A stretch of 64,000 nt of DNA from a virus: the IMG/VR virus record IMGVR_UViG_3300043434_000266, positions 1 through 64,000 of that record, one strand, 5' to 3'. The position numbers and the translations under genes were made by a program. This document shows, in pieces, positions 63,054 through 64,000 of this stretch (position 1 is the first letter of the stretch; each line of letters starts with the position of its first letter). The notes under the pieces were generated by a model, which was not told the DNA's origin, did no database searches, and was given only the letters and a program-made list of their open reading frames with translations.

Positions 63054-63302
63054 TTAAGATCCTTTTATTTTATCTCTCATCCAAATAGCACCAAGTTGAA
63101 AATTCTTTTGAACAATCCCAACACTACTGCTGCCATAACCTAATTTATTAGATTTGTCTTTTATCTCCTCATCAGTTGGTAGTTGGATAGGGGTTATTTT
63201 ATCTAACTCCATCTTAAAAATAAATTTGTTGTGATTTTCTCCGGCTGAATACGCTGCTTTTGTCAATTCAATTACTTGTTCTTCTGTGTATAGCTTACTC
63301 AT
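63054..63302 (-). CDS. Hypothetical protein
   Basis: Start MSKLYTEEQV at 63302; LPTDEEI..GA.WMRDKI. Confidence 0.65.
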   Translation of the reverse strand: MSKLYTEEQVIELTKAAYSAGENHNKFIFKMELDKITPIQLPTDEEIKDKSNKLGYGSSSVGIVQKNFQLGAIWMRDKIKGS

Positions 63303-63534
63303 TGTTACCTCCAAATGTTTCGTTGTAGTATTGTTTAGCGTAGTCAATTGCTTCTTGCAGAGGAAAGCCATCAGAAGCAATAACATAACCACGAGCAGAT
63401 GATTTGATAATTTCTTTTTCGTGCATTGCTTTGGCTTGTTCAAAAATGACACCTATGGCAATTTGATTTCCTTGTGGTATGAGGTTTTCTAATTTCTCAA
63501 CTACCCAATCAATACTACTTTGTTTCTTTTCCAT
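63295..63534 (-). CDS. Hypothetical protein (Bacteroidota phage type)
   Basis: KQSSIDW..FEQAKAMHEKEI..QYYNETF. Confidence 0.7.
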   Translation of the reverse strand: MEKKQSSIDWVVEKLENLIPQGNQIAIGVIFEQAKAMHEKEIIKSSARGYVIASDGFPLQEAIDYAKQYYNETFGGNNE

Positions 63535-63535
63535 T

Positions 63536-63910
63536 TTACTTTTGTTTTTGTTGTTCAACGATTTCAATTAGCTTGGTAAGACACGCAAGTTCTGCTTCTT
63601 CGTATGAATTTAACGGGTAAATTTCAATGAAACATTCGCCTGTAATCGTGTTCCAAATATCATAAGACTGGTGAGTTGGTACTCCAACTAACTCATATTT
63701 CTCTCTAAACCATCTAAATGCTTGTTGGTAGAGTGGGGCTGATACTGAATCAGTATTATTAAGATGATATGTATTCATTGTATCAAATCTTACTTCATCA
63801 ATACCTAACATATAATTACCATTATCATTATACCAAGCAAAACAAGGTTCATCAAATCCAAGTGCTTTGAGTTTAACCGCCAACTCGTAGGGTACAAATT
63901 CTTTTTGCAT
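63536..63910 (-). CDS. Hypothetical protein (Bacteroidota phage type)
   Basis: EFVPYELA.KLK.LGFDEPC..APLYQQAFRWFREKY..YEEAELACL. Confidence 0.75.
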   Translation of the reverse strand: MQKEFVPYELAVKLKALGFDEPCFAWYNDNGNYMLGIDEVRFDTMNTYHLNNTDSVSAPLYQQAFRWFREKYELVGVPTHQSYDIWNTITGECFIEIYPLNSYEEAELACLTKLIEIVEQQKQK

Positions 63911-63911
63911 A

Positions 63912-63998
63912 TTAATAAATGTATTTACCACAAGCCACTTGTTGACCTTGTGAGTTGGTTGTTGTTTTGATTTTAAATGTTGGGCCGTGCAAAAATCC
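63912..63998 (-). CDS. 3' end of a gene that begins beyond the window
   Basis: Open frame ..GFLHGPTFKIKTTTNSQGQQVACGKYIY* ending just before ATG 63910. Confidence 0.5.
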   Translation of the reverse strand, partial: GFLHGPTFKIKTTTNSQGQQVACGKYIY

Positions 63999-64000
63999 TT

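Larger units (their letters stand above)
1..64000. mobile_element. Segment of a crAss-like (Crassvirales-related) bacteriophage genome, probable Bacteroidota host
   Basis: Giant virion RNAP with DFDID flanked by two other giant genes; crAss-type PolB/primase/Sak4/DnaB set; lysis cassette; two convergent gene blocks; A-rich translation starts without Shine-Dalgarno; TAnnTTTG promoter elements. Confidence 0.9.

Noticed and set aside
44658-63088. Short + strand ORFs inside the minus-strand block (other than 59935-60264)
   Set aside because: Each is nested opposite a well-supported gene, with no motifs or promoter
1-64000. Stop-codon reassignment (TAG or TGA), known in some crAss-like phages
   Set aside because: Giant ORFs are intact in the standard code, coding density is near complete, and TAG and TGA both end genes at tight gene junctions
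38748-64000. tRNA genes or a diversity-generating retroelement
   Set aside because: Intergenic gaps are too short for cloverleafs, and I found no reverse transcriptase or TR/VR pair in the window

Overview
A 64-kb segment of an AT-rich, crAss-like (Crassvirales/phi14:2-related) lytic phage, most likely infecting Bacteroidota. It uses the standard genetic code and has no rRNA, tRNA or CRISPR features that I can support. The + strand block (1-41553) holds the virion cargo/ejection genes: a 5'-truncated multi-enzyme protein, three further cargo proteins, and three giant proteins (2295, 3597 and 2339 aa). The middle giant is the virion-packaged two-barrel RNA polymerase (RIPTQ and DFDID motifs). 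These are followed by two paralogous small structural proteins and a lysis cassette. The - strand block (41550-64000) holds replication and nucleotide genes (PolB, exonuclease, primase, SSB, Sak4, DnaB-like helicase, UNG, ThyX, MazG-like) and a 7-gene module built around a MoxR-type AAA+ ATPase and a vWA metallopeptidase. Three observations stand out. (1) By manual scan, the three giant proteins (8,231 aa in total) contain only four cysteines, all within 5 residues of the termini that face each other, which suggests head-to-tail disulfide chaining of the ejected proteins. (2) A recurring '[K/F/A/M]-x-x-G-G' punctuation motif separates the enzyme modules of the cargo proteins. (3) The AAA/vWA module includes three paralogs that share a helical domain, two of them also BRCT-like. 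All domain calls come from motif recognition by eye, not database searches.
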